Of a stretch of DNA of 64,000 bases, positions 1 through 8,143 are shown piece after piece. The notes under the pieces are model-generated. The model was given only the letters and a program-made list of their open reading frames with translations, ran no database searches and was not told the origin of the DNA. Origin of the DNA: Candidatus Bathyarchaeota archaeon (GTDB taxonomy: Archaea > Thermoproteota > Bathyarchaeia > Bathyarchaeales > Bathycorpusculaceae); assembly GCA_963828195.1 (NCBI GenBank), contig CAWHDT010000005.1:890116-954115 (forward strand). Direction: 5' to 3'. Numbering within the stretch: position 1 is the first letter of the stretch; every line of letters begins with the position of its first letter. Made by a program: the position numbers and the translations under genes.

Positions 1-1
1 T

Positions 2-481
2 TTAGGCTCAGATTATGGTAACGTTTACGCTTTCAATTCATCCAGCGGCACTATAATCTGGAACTGCACGATTGGCGACGGAACTCTGTCAACTCCCACT
101 GTCGCCGATGGAGTTTTGTACGTTGGTTCAACAGATAATAACATTTACACTTTGAACGCCACAAACGGCGTCGAACTGTGGAGCTACCCCACCAGCGGCG
201 CAGTTGATTCTCCCGCTGTGGTCAACGGAGTGCTCTACGTAGGCGGCGGCAACAACATTTATGCTTTGAGGGTCACACCTACGACGTCTCCTTCGTCTAA
301 GCAGTCCAACCCCCTGCCCATTATAATCGGCGTAGTAGCTGCAGTATTGATTGTTGCCACGGTGGTTCTTTTGACGTCTCAAAAGGGACTGAAAACTAAA
401 ACAGCTAGTTCACCAAATACACAAGACTCTTCATCAATCGTTTCTGGTCAAATTTATAAGGGAAAAATAGCAGGTGAATAG
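2..481 (+). CDS. PQQ-like beta-propeller repeat surface protein, C-terminal part (5' truncated by window) with C-terminal TM anchor
   Basis: Frame open from position 2 (LGSDYGNVYAFNSSSGTIIWN...PTVADGVLYVGSTDNNIYTLNATNGVELWSY): repeated PQQ-type blades, then S/T/P linker, TM helix, basic tail. Confidence 0.85.
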   Translation, partial: LGSDYGNVYAFNSSSGTIIWNCTIGDGTLSTPTVADGVLYVGSTDNNIYTLNATNGVELWSYPTSGAVDSPAVVNGVLYVGGGNNIYALRVTPTTSPSSKQSNPLPIIIGVVAAVLIVATVVLLTSQKGLKTKTASSPNTQDSSSIVSGQIYKGKIAGE

Positions 482-483
482 CT

Positions 484-1647
484 ATGGGTTTACGTAAGAG
501 ACTTAGAGACTTAAGAAATTGGTGTCCAGAACCGCCAACCCCCAAAAAACCAAACAGCTACCTATCGTTTCCCAGAGAAAAAAGTATTCGGCATTCTTTA
601 TGGTTTAAAATTTTGGTTGTAACAGGGATAACTGTCGTTCTTGTGGCGGCATTGTTTGGCTACATGTTTTTCCAAAATGCAGTTTCCCAGCAGCCCGCAC
701 AGAATGTTTACGCGACTAACCCAATCAACGCCATAGTCATAAATGCTGACGGCACGGTTTCGCCGGGGGCTTCGGGCACCATGCCGATTTCAAGCAGCGG
801 AAACGTCTACTACATAAATGGCGCTTTAGAAGACGAACTTATCGTAGAGAAAAACAATATTGTGATAGATGGGTCAGGTTTAGCCAGCACATTTAACGGT
901 AATTACCCCAATCAAAACATCATTCAACTGCAAGGGGTCAACAACGTAACAGTTGAAAATGTCGAAATCAGCCCAGCCTTCTATCTAATCTACCTTGATG
1001 ATGCTTCAAACTGCAAAGTAGAAAACTCGAATTGCAGCCAAATAAACTTGGAAAATTCAAATCACAACGTCATTTTGGACAGCGAGGCCACTTACGTTTG
1101 CAGCCTGCGGACAGCCTCAAACAACACCATCAACAACTGCGGCATCGGCGGCTTTGACATCGAAATGAACTCCAACTACAACGTTTTCTTGAACAACAAC
1201 TGCACCCTGGATAATTCAAACCGCATAACGCTTTATGACGCATCATACAACCTGTTTTTCGGCAACACCTTTGGGACCTGCTTCCGATGGGTATACATGG
1301 GCACCTCCGACAAAGGCGCCACTACAGGTAACCTGTTTGTTGCAAACAACGTCACCACAGGCAAATTAATTATTCCAGACATCTTGGTGGGGAAGAACAC
1401 TTTTTACCACAACAACTTTATCGATTTCGCTTGGAACGGCTCCGCCACCACCGACTCAGCCAACACATGGAGCAGCAACGGGCAAGGCAACTACTGGAGC
1501 AACTATAACGGAACAGGCACCAACGGCGTAGGCACCACACCTTACATCATTGATGCAACCAACCGAGACGATTATCCCTTACTGGAGCCAGTTAATATTT
1601 CACAGGAAAATATTCCAACAGGCTACTTATCAGAGTTAGGCGAGTAG
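484..1647 (+). CDS. NosD/CASH-like right-handed parallel beta-helix membrane-anchored protein
   Basis: N-terminal TM, Asn-ladder repeats (SNHNVI, SNNTIN, SNYNVF), C-terminal NTFYHNNF...GNYWSNY...PYIID..NRDDYPL motif. Confidence 0.85.
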   Translation: MGLRKRLRDLRNWCPEPPTPKKPNSYLSFPREKSIRHSLWFKILVVTGITVVLVAALFGYMFFQNAVSQQPAQNVYATNPINAIVINADGTVSPGASGTMPISSSGNVYYINGALEDELIVEKNNIVIDGSGLASTFNGNYPNQNIIQLQGVNNVTVENVEISPAFYLIYLDDASNCKVENSNCSQINLENSNHNVILDSEATYVCSLRTASNNTINNCGIGGFDIEMNSNYNVFLNNNCTLDNSNRITLYDASYNLFFGNTFGTCFRWVYMGTSDKGATTGNLFVANNVTTGKLIIPDILVGKNTFYHNNFIDFAWNGSATTDSANTWSSNGQGNYWSNYNGTGTNGVGTTPYIIDATNRDDYPLLEPVNISQENIPTGYLSELGE

Positions 1648-1650
1648 TTT

Positions 1651-1687
1651 ATGGGTTCTCGCAACGATTTAGAAATTGGTGTCCATC
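1651..1687 (+). pseudogene. Degenerate remnant of a paralogous 5' end (MG...RNWCP motif)
   Basis: atgggtt...agaaattggtgtcca repeats the start of the 484 ORF (atgggtt...agaaattggtgtcca) with an internal deletion that puts the motif out of frame. Confidence 0.5.
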
Positions 1688-1820
1688 CAGTGCCAAAATG
1701 ATGAAAGATAACCCTGCGAAAGATAATTTTTTAGTTTAATCCTTTATTGTTGATTTTGACGAGCTAAACTTAGCTCTTACTTTTTATATGAAGTACCCAT
1801 TTAACTAAGAGCAGATCAAA

Positions 1821-1913
1821 ATGAAGTCTTCCACCAAAAAAATTTTAGTCATAGGCATTATTGTGCTTTTTATAGCTTCAACCGTAGTGGGCGCGCTCGC
1901 TGGAATAATATAA
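1821..1913 (+). CDS. 30-aa single-TM microprotein (MKSSTKKILVIGIIVLFIASTVVGALAGII)
   Basis: Translated by hand; TTTATAT box about 35 nt upstream; basic N-terminus plus hydrophobic helix; below ORF-track cutoff. Confidence 0.55.
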   Translation: MKSSTKKILVIGIIVLFIASTVVGALAGII

Positions 1914-2029
1914 TTTCCTGCGCATTTCAAATAAATTCTAAAATCTTATAGAGTGCCTTTTCGCTGAAAAATCGACAACGTTTGGGTGTATAAAATTTGA
2001 TTGCATGGACAACCACCACTAAAACCGTT

Positions 2030-2359
2030 TTATGTTTTGCACGTGATGGCGGTTGGAATGATTGTTTTTAACTCGACGAAATACGCCCTCAGCATGCTCT
2101 GCCCTTTTTGTGTGATTCGATATTGCTTTCGGGGTTTTCCTTGGGCGAGCTCCCAGCTTGAAGCGATGAGCCCCTGATTCTGCAGGTGTTTTAGTTCTGT
2201 GTACAGAGTTGAGGGTCCTAATCGTACGCCGAATTTTTTATCGACTGCCTTGAAAAGGGCGTAGCCGTGCAGGCCTCGGTCGGATGTGTCGTTTATTATG
2301 TTGAGCAGGATGCTTTCGAGGATGGCACCGCGGAAGATTTTTTTGTTTAAAGTGTTCAT
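2030..2359 (-). CDS. PadR family transcriptional regulator
   Basis: LHGYAL...LGPSTLYTELKHLQNQGLI...RKQYRITQKG winged-helix signature; divergent from GH5 gene. Confidence 0.9.
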   Translation of the reverse strand: MNTLNKKIFRGAILESILLNIINDTSDRGLHGYALFKAVDKKFGVRLGPSTLYTELKHLQNQGLIASSWELAQGKPRKQYRITQKGQSMLRAYFVELKTIIPTAITCKT

Positions 2360-2610
2360 TTTTCTTTTCTCCTTGAATGGGTTTGTAACCCCAAAAAATT
2401 AGTACATATCTTAAGAGTGACGACTGTAGATATAAAATAATGTTGTAGCTACATGCCTACCACAAGTATTGTAACCCGCTAAACCTATGCGAAGTGGAGT
2501 TCGCAAGCCCTACACCAATGTTGACAAAGTACGTTAATTGATTTTTCAAAAAGCTATAATATACATCCAAGCGATAACGAGCTTCCATAACATCCAAGAA
2601 GGGAGAGAAA

Positions 2611-4725
2611 ATGAAAACACGCGATTTAGGAAACATATTGGCTTCTATAAGTCTTAAGAGGATTGCAAAGCCGTCAGTTCTGTGCATCATCGCAATCTTT
2701 GTCATAAGCACACTTACAGTTTTGGGCTCAACCGGAGTACAGGCAGCAACAGCGACAGCAACGCTTCCGCTGCACACTTCAGGAAGCCAGATACTTAACT
2801 CAAACAACAACCCAGTCTACCTGCGCGGCATGGGCATAGCCGGAATGACGCCCGACCTCATCCTATGGGGAACAGGCGGCGGCGACAGCTGGGGTGACCA
2901 GTGGGGGTCAGCCTCGTCAACAGCAGTAACTCAAACGTTTACGGAGTTGTCAACAGTCTGGGACGTTAACATGATACGCGTCTTTATTTACCCTGAGTGG
3001 TGGATGCTAAACGGCGCTGATGGCACTGCAAACGGGGAAAACGTGCAGAGTTACGTTGAAACCTTAGCTAGTGAAGCTGAAGCAGCCGGTATCTACATTG
3101 ACATCGTGCCCTACCAGTTAACTGCCTGCTCGGGCTCATTTAGCTCAGACCCGTATCTAACACCTAACCAGGCAGGATCCCAAGGACTGCCTATGTGCGG
3201 CAACTGGGACAGTGCAGGGCAAGCATTTTTGAGCTATGAAGAGAGCCAAAACGGCTACGCTAACGAACAGGCATTCTGGACTGCATACTGGACGTCTATG
3301 GCTAACGCATTAAAGGCTTATCCGAACGTGATCTTTGAGGCTTGGAATGAGCCTATGGGTTCATCTACCAACACGGTGACTTCCGGGTACATGACTTACC
3401 TAACCACGATGTACAATGCAATTCGAGGCACAGGCGCAACCAACTTGATTTTCATGCAGTGGAACTGCGGATGGGAACCAAACGTTGGCCAAACACTGGG
3501 CTGGGCATCAGCTATATCTTCAGCGATCGGAAGCCCAACGAATTTGGCTTTTACAACGCACCTCTACTACTACGCGCCCTCTGATCTTACTCAGTTTTGG
3601 GATTCAAGCGGAAGCGACTCTTCAGGCGTTCCTATGACTGAGGCTCAGCTTGAAACGCAGCTGCAGGGCTTACAAAGCGGCATGGACGTCACCGCGCCAC
3701 TGGTCATTAATGAGGAAGGCTCATGCCTATCATCATCCAGCAATACCGCTAATGATGCGACTTGGTGGACTAATCTGCTCACAGCCCAGTACTCATGTGG
3801 AATCGGCGCAGGGGCATACTATTGGCTAAGCAGCAGCGGACTTGGCGGAACCTACGACGGCGAAGAACTACTGACAAGCGGGTACACACCAGATACAATG
3901 GGACAAGAATACATCAACGCATACGCAGCGACAACAACCTCCACACCAACCCCAACGGCAACACCGACACCAACCGCAACCCCGGACCCGACACCAACGC
4001 CAGCACCAACCTCCACACCAACACCAACTCCAACCCCAACACCAAAACCAACAGCAACACCAACCCCAACCTCAACACCCACGCCTACTCCAGTGCCGAC
4101 CGCGAAGCCAACTCACAGACATTCTTCAACAACAGTACCAACTCCAGCGCCAACGGCAACTCCAACCCCCACTCCAGCTCCAACAGCAACACCCAACCCA
4201 ACACCAACCCCTGCACCAACGGCAACTCCAGTTCCCACTCCTACTCCAACTCCTACTTCAACATCTGCTCCAACCGCAACACCCAACCCAACACCAACTC
4301 CAGCATCAACGCCAACTCCAATTCCAGTTTCAACACAAACGTCAACTCCTACTCCAACCCCAGCACCGACAGATAACCCGACGCCTAACGACATCACAGC
4401 ACCTGCGAATTTCCCGACGCCAGTTGTAATCTCTGCACAAATTCCAGAATCAACTCCGTCTCCGCCAATGGAGCCAACTCCACCATCACAAACAACGAGG
4501 ACATCGACATCCCTAGTAGTTCAGCTAAATCAACCTACAACAGCTCCATCGACGCCAGAAAAAACTAAAACTACTTTGCCAACGCACCCAAGACCTGATC
4601 CGAAAATCACGTCAAAACACCTACACCCGCCACACAAACATTACCGCCAAAATGCTCCCAGAAACGCGGGGTACACCTTCAGCAAGTCACGATTTAACAA
4701 TGTCATTTTATTTCTAAAACTCTAA
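2611..4725 (+). CDS. Secreted glycoside hydrolase family 5 (cellulase-family) with long Pro/Thr linker
   Basis: Signal peptide; LHTSGSQI..PVYLRG, NMIRV, IFEAWNEP (acid/base Glu), HLY, VINEEG (nucleophile Glu); long PT-rich tail. Confidence 0.85.
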   Translation: MKTRDLGNILASISLKRIAKPSVLCIIAIFVISTLTVLGSTGVQAATATATLPLHTSGSQILNSNNNPVYLRGMGIAGMTPDLILWGTGGGDSWGDQWGSASSTAVTQTFTELSTVWDVNMIRVFIYPEWWMLNGADGTANGENVQSYVETLASEAEAAGIYIDIVPYQLTACSGSFSSDPYLTPNQAGSQGLPMCGNWDSAGQAFLSYEESQNGYANEQAFWTAYWTSMANALKAYPNVIFEAWNEPMGSSTNTVTSGYMTYLTTMYNAIRGTGATNLIFMQWNCGWEPNVGQTLGWASAISSAIGSPTNLAFTTHLYYYAPSDLTQFWDSSGSDSSGVPMTEAQLETQLQGLQSGMDVTAPLVINEEGSCLSSSSNTANDATWWTNLLTAQYSCGIGAGAYYWLSSSGLGGTYDGEELLTSGYTPDTMGQEYINAYAATTTSTPTPTATPTPTATPDPTPTPAPTSTPTPTPTPTPKPTATPTPTSTPTPTPVPTAKPTHRHSSTTVPTPAPTATPTPTPAPTATPNPTPTPAPTATPVPTPTPTPTSTSAPTATPNPTPTPASTPTPIPVSTQTSTPTPTPAPTDNPTPNDITAPANFPTPVVISAQIPESTPSPPMEPTPPSQTTRTSTSLVVQLNQPTTAPSTPEKTKTTLPTHPRPDPKITSKHLHPPHKHYRQNAPRNAGYTFSKSRFNNVILFLKL
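3925..4390 (+). repeat. Low-complexity (Thr-Pro)n coding repeat
   Basis: acN-ccN tandem codons encoding PTPTATPTPT... Confidence 0.9.
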
Positions 4726-4861
4726 AAAATTCCTTTCTTTTTGGTAAAACCGAAAAAGAGCAATTGGCACGCCATCACTTCAACGTTTCTAACAGGTTGG
4801 GTTTCTGATCCTGAAACGTTAAAATCTTTTAAAATTCAAATAACCGTTGAATTTAGAATAA

Positions 4862-4956
4862 CAAGCCTGGGTGGGTCAGCGATATTTGACGATTTCTCAC
4901 AGCTTAGGGCTCGAAGCCGTCGCCTCACATCATCCCGACCCCTAACAGGGGGCTTG
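4862..4956. ncRNA. Candidate structured small RNA, unclassified
   Basis: GC-rich block in an AT-rich intergenic region; nested stems CAAGCC/GGCTTG, GGGTC/GACCC, GGCT-CGA-AGCC; TTTTAAAA upstream and T-rich tract downstream on +. Confidence 0.35.
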
Positions 4957-5234
4957 GAGAATTTATCTATTTTGTTGAGCCAAAAAGCATTTTTTGCCTT
5001 TTGTTTGCAGTACGATTGACCTATTTTAATGCTGCCTCAAAATTTTGGTTCCACTAGCACAGCGGCAGCTGAAAAAGCCGTTAGTGTGCACGGAATTGGT
5101 GGAAAAAATGTGCAGGCTGCATGTTTGTTTCAAGGCTGTATGCTCTAGATTAACGACATTTGACGAATCTAAATGTTTAAACTGCCGAGGGGATAGGGTA
5201 GTTTTAAGCGTGTTATGTGAGGTGAAAAAGAGAT

Positions 5235-5303
5235 ATGATATTCGAAGAGGAAGATGAATGGGAAGAAGGCGAAGATGAGGAATGGGAAGAGGAAGAATGG
5301 TAA
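5235..5303 (+). CDS. 22-aa hyperacidic Trp-punctuated peptide (MIFEEEDEWEEGEDEEWEEEEW)
   Basis: Strong GAGGTGA Shine-Dalgarno about 9 nt before ATG; TTTTAAG box upstream; below ORF-track cutoff. Confidence 0.65.
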   Translation: MIFEEEDEWEEGEDEEWEEEEW

Positions 5304-5387
5304 ACTAGCCGTAAGGTAATTTCAACATATTTTTCTTTTAAGTTTGAAAAAAAGTCATTTTTAAGCCTGTTTCCGTAATACTTAAAG

Positions 5388-5408
5388 GTATATACGCGTA
5401 GTATATAC
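5388..5408. promoter_or_regulatory. Probable VapBC autoregulatory operator
   Basis: Two palindromic GTATATAC octamers (5388-5395, 5401-5408) between a CTTAAAG TATA-like box and the vapB ATG. Confidence 0.6.
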
Positions 5409-5419
5409 AACGAGAGAAT

Positions 5420-5647
5420 ATGACTCAAACGGTTTTCACTGTCAAAATTCCTGAAAAGCTAAAGAAGGAAATGAAAGAAATCGACGGCATAAATTGGAGC
5501 GAGTATATCCGCGAATGCCTACAAACAAAAGTGAATCAGCGAAAAATGAAAGCAGCCTCCGATAAACTAGATGAAATCCGAAAACGCAGCAAGCCGACAT
5601 CTACCGCGGAAATTGTAGCTTGGATTCGAGAAGATAGGGAACGATAG
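5420..5647 (+). CDS. vapB: VapB-type antitoxin (RHH)
   Basis: VFTVKIPEKLKKEM...INWSEYIRE...IREDRER; directly upstream of a PIN gene. Confidence 0.85.
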   Translation: MTQTVFTVKIPEKLKKEMKEIDGINWSEYIRECLQTKVNQRKMKAASDKLDEIRKRSKPTSTAEIVAWIREDRER

Positions 5648-5654
5648 GCTTTTC

Positions 5655-6080
5655 ATGCATGTTGTAGATGCAAGCGTTGTCGTAAAATGGGTGCTTCCTG
5701 GCGAACCCTATGAGGTAAGAGCATTAAAACTGAAGCAGGATCACTTGTCAGAAATTACTCATTTGTTTGCACCCTCATTTATGCTGCATGAAGTTGCTAA
5801 TTCACTTTGGAAGGCAGTACGACAAGGAAGAATTACTCAAAAGGACGCCTCCGAAGCCTTGGAGGCGTTGAATAACCTGCATGTTAGTTTTCATGAATTA
5901 AATTGGTCAGATATTTCAAAGGTTTTGAACATTGCACTCAAAACGGATCTAACCGTTTACGATGCAGCTTACCTGTATGTTTCAGAAAAAATGAGTGCTC
6001 AAGTAATTACAGCAGATGACAAAATGTATCAGAAAGGAAAGGGGCAGTTTCGAGTGCTACATCTGAAGGATTATTCATAA
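5655..6080 (+). CDS. vapC: VapC PIN-domain toxin
   Basis: VVDASVVVKW, EVANSLWK, LTVYDAAY, ITADDK PIN motifs. Confidence 0.9.
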   Translation: MHVVDASVVVKWVLPGEPYEVRALKLKQDHLSEITHLFAPSFMLHEVANSLWKAVRQGRITQKDASEALEALNNLHVSFHELNWSDISKVLNIALKTDLTVYDAAYLYVSEKMSAQVITADDKMYQKGKGQFRVLHLKDYS

Positions 6081-6135
6081 ATCATTTGTTAAATTTATAA
6101 CCCACATATCTAATTTCATTACTGGACGTTTAACA

Positions 6136-7938
6136 ATGACCCGTATCGCCGTACTCAACCAAGATAAATGCAAAGTCAAAAAATGCAACCAGGTCTGCGT
6201 TAGCTTCTGCCCTATGGTTCGCAGCAGAGTTGAAGCCATCAGGGTTGAAGGAGACAAAGCGGTCATATCTGAAACTCTTTGCAGCGGCTGCGGCATCTGC
6301 GTCAAAAAATGCCCGTTCAAAGCCATCAGCATCGTGAATCTTCCTGACGAACTGGAAAAAGATTGCAGTCACCGCTTCAGCGAAAACAGCTTCAAACTTT
6401 TCCGTTTACCTATGCCTTCACCAGGCACAGTGCTGGGTTTGATCGGGCAAAACGGCATCGGAAAAACCACTGCTCTTAAGGTTTTTTCAGGCGAAATCAA
6501 ACCTAACCTTGGCAAATACGATGACCCCCCTGATTGGCCCGAAATCATGCAGTATTACCGCGGGTCAAGCCTTCAAGATTACTTCCAAAAAATGAGTGAA
6601 AAAAAACTCAAAGTCAGCAGCAAACCCCAGTACGTGGACAAGATTCCCAAAGCTGTCAGCGGCAAAGTCGGGGATCTGCTTGAGAAAGTTGATGAGCGAG
6701 GGCAGCTTGACGCGATTTCAGAGGAACTTGAGCTTAAAACAGTTTGGGATAGGCCTTTAGAGGTTCTTAGCGGCGGGGAACTTCAGCGCGTGGCGGTTGC
6801 AGCTGCTCTGAGCCGCGAGGCAGATGTTTACCTTTTCGATGAGCCTTCAAGCTACCTTGACGTCAAGCAACGCCTTATTGTTGCGAGAGCCATAAGGAGC
6901 CTCAAAGAGCAGCAGAAAACAATAGTTGTCGCCGAACATGACTTAGCCATCATCGATTACCTCTCGGACCAAATCTGCCTCTTTTACGGCGAACCAGGCG
7001 TCTACGGTGTCGTCTCACACGTCCATGGCGTCCGCACGGGCATAAACATTTACCTGCAAGGCTACATTCCAGACGAGAACATAATGTTCCGCAAAGAATC
7101 CATCATTTTCCACGAGAAGCCGCCGACCGCAGGCACCAACCTGGGCGAACCGCTTCTGAAGTGGGAAGGCATGACGAAAACTTTCAAGGGTTTCAAACTT
7201 GACATTGAACCGGGCGAAATTAAGATTGGAGAAATCGTCGGTATCTTGGGGCCTAACGGTATCGGAAAAACCACTTTCGTAAAAATTCTCGCTGGACTCG
7301 AAGAAACTGATGAGAAACAGAAGCTTGGCGAGTTAAAAGTCAGCTACAAACCCCAGTACATTGCGCCCGACTATACGGGCACGGTTGCTGAACTGCTTAT
7401 TAACGTGGCAAAAGAAAACTTTACCTCAAGCTGGTACAAAACCGAGATTGCCCAGCCGCTACGGCTTCAGGTCTTGATGGATCGAAACGTGATGGAGCTC
7501 AGCGGGGGTGAACTGCAAAAAGTCGCCATCGCCGCGTGTTTAAGCCGCAAAGCTGACCTGTATCTTCTCGACGAACCCAGCGCCTATTTAGATGTTGAAG
7601 AACGATTAAACATGGCTAAAACTCTGCGGCGGGTTGTGGAAGCCCACGGCATACCGGCGTTTGTGGTGGAGCACGACGTTGTTACCCAAGACTTCATTGC
7701 CGACCGACTGATGGTCTTCAACGGCGAGCCTGGCGTGAACGGATTAGCTAATCCCCCGACTAGCCTAAGAGGGGGCATGAACACGTTCCTTAAAGAAATG
7801 AACATCACATTCCGCAGAGACTCAGTAACCATGCGGCCTAGAGTAAACAAGGAAGACTCGCAGATGGATAAGTTCCAAAAAGGAATAGGCGAATACTACT
7901 ACACAAAGACAACTAAGCCCGAAACAATCAAAAAATAA
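6136..7938 (+). CDS. rli: Ribosome recycling ATPase ABCE1/RLI1
   Basis: N-terminal Fe-S Cys clusters (CSGCGICVKKCP), two NBDs with GxNGIGKTT and LSGGELQ. Confidence 0.97.
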   Translation: MTRIAVLNQDKCKVKKCNQVCVSFCPMVRSRVEAIRVEGDKAVISETLCSGCGICVKKCPFKAISIVNLPDELEKDCSHRFSENSFKLFRLPMPSPGTVLGLIGQNGIGKTTALKVFSGEIKPNLGKYDDPPDWPEIMQYYRGSSLQDYFQKMSEKKLKVSSKPQYVDKIPKAVSGKVGDLLEKVDERGQLDAISEELELKTVWDRPLEVLSGGELQRVAVAAALSREADVYLFDEPSSYLDVKQRLIVARAIRSLKEQQKTIVVAEHDLAIIDYLSDQICLFYGEPGVYGVVSHVHGVRTGINIYLQGYIPDENIMFRKESIIFHEKPPTAGTNLGEPLLKWEGMTKTFKGFKLDIEPGEIKIGEIVGILGPNGIGKTTFVKILAGLEETDEKQKLGELKVSYKPQYIAPDYTGTVAELLINVAKENFTSSWYKTEIAQPLRLQVLMDRNVMELSGGELQKVAIAACLSRKADLYLLDEPSAYLDVEERLNMAKTLRRVVEAHGIPAFVVEHDVVTQDFIADRLMVFNGEPGVNGLANPPTSLRGGMNTFLKEMNITFRRDSVTMRPRVNKEDSQMDKFQKGIGEYYYTKTTKPETIKK

Positions 7939-8143
7939 ATCAATTAAACGTTATTTCGTTCCATGTAAACCAGTTTCTTCTATTTATACAAGTTTAAAGC
8001 AAAAGTCACCATTTCTTAAGCCGCAGCTCAGTCAAGAATCAGAGGTTTCCCCCAGCAAAGTGCAGTTAACTTAAAGAACAAGCAGCAAATATACTAAACA
8101 ATCTGCAATAGCAAAACAAGGAAAAGAGTGGTGTAAGCAGGAA

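Noticed and set aside
3795-4397. Alternative-frame and antisense ORFs (N/T-rich, (GV)n)
   Set aside because: Shadows of the Pro/Thr repeat in the GH5 gene
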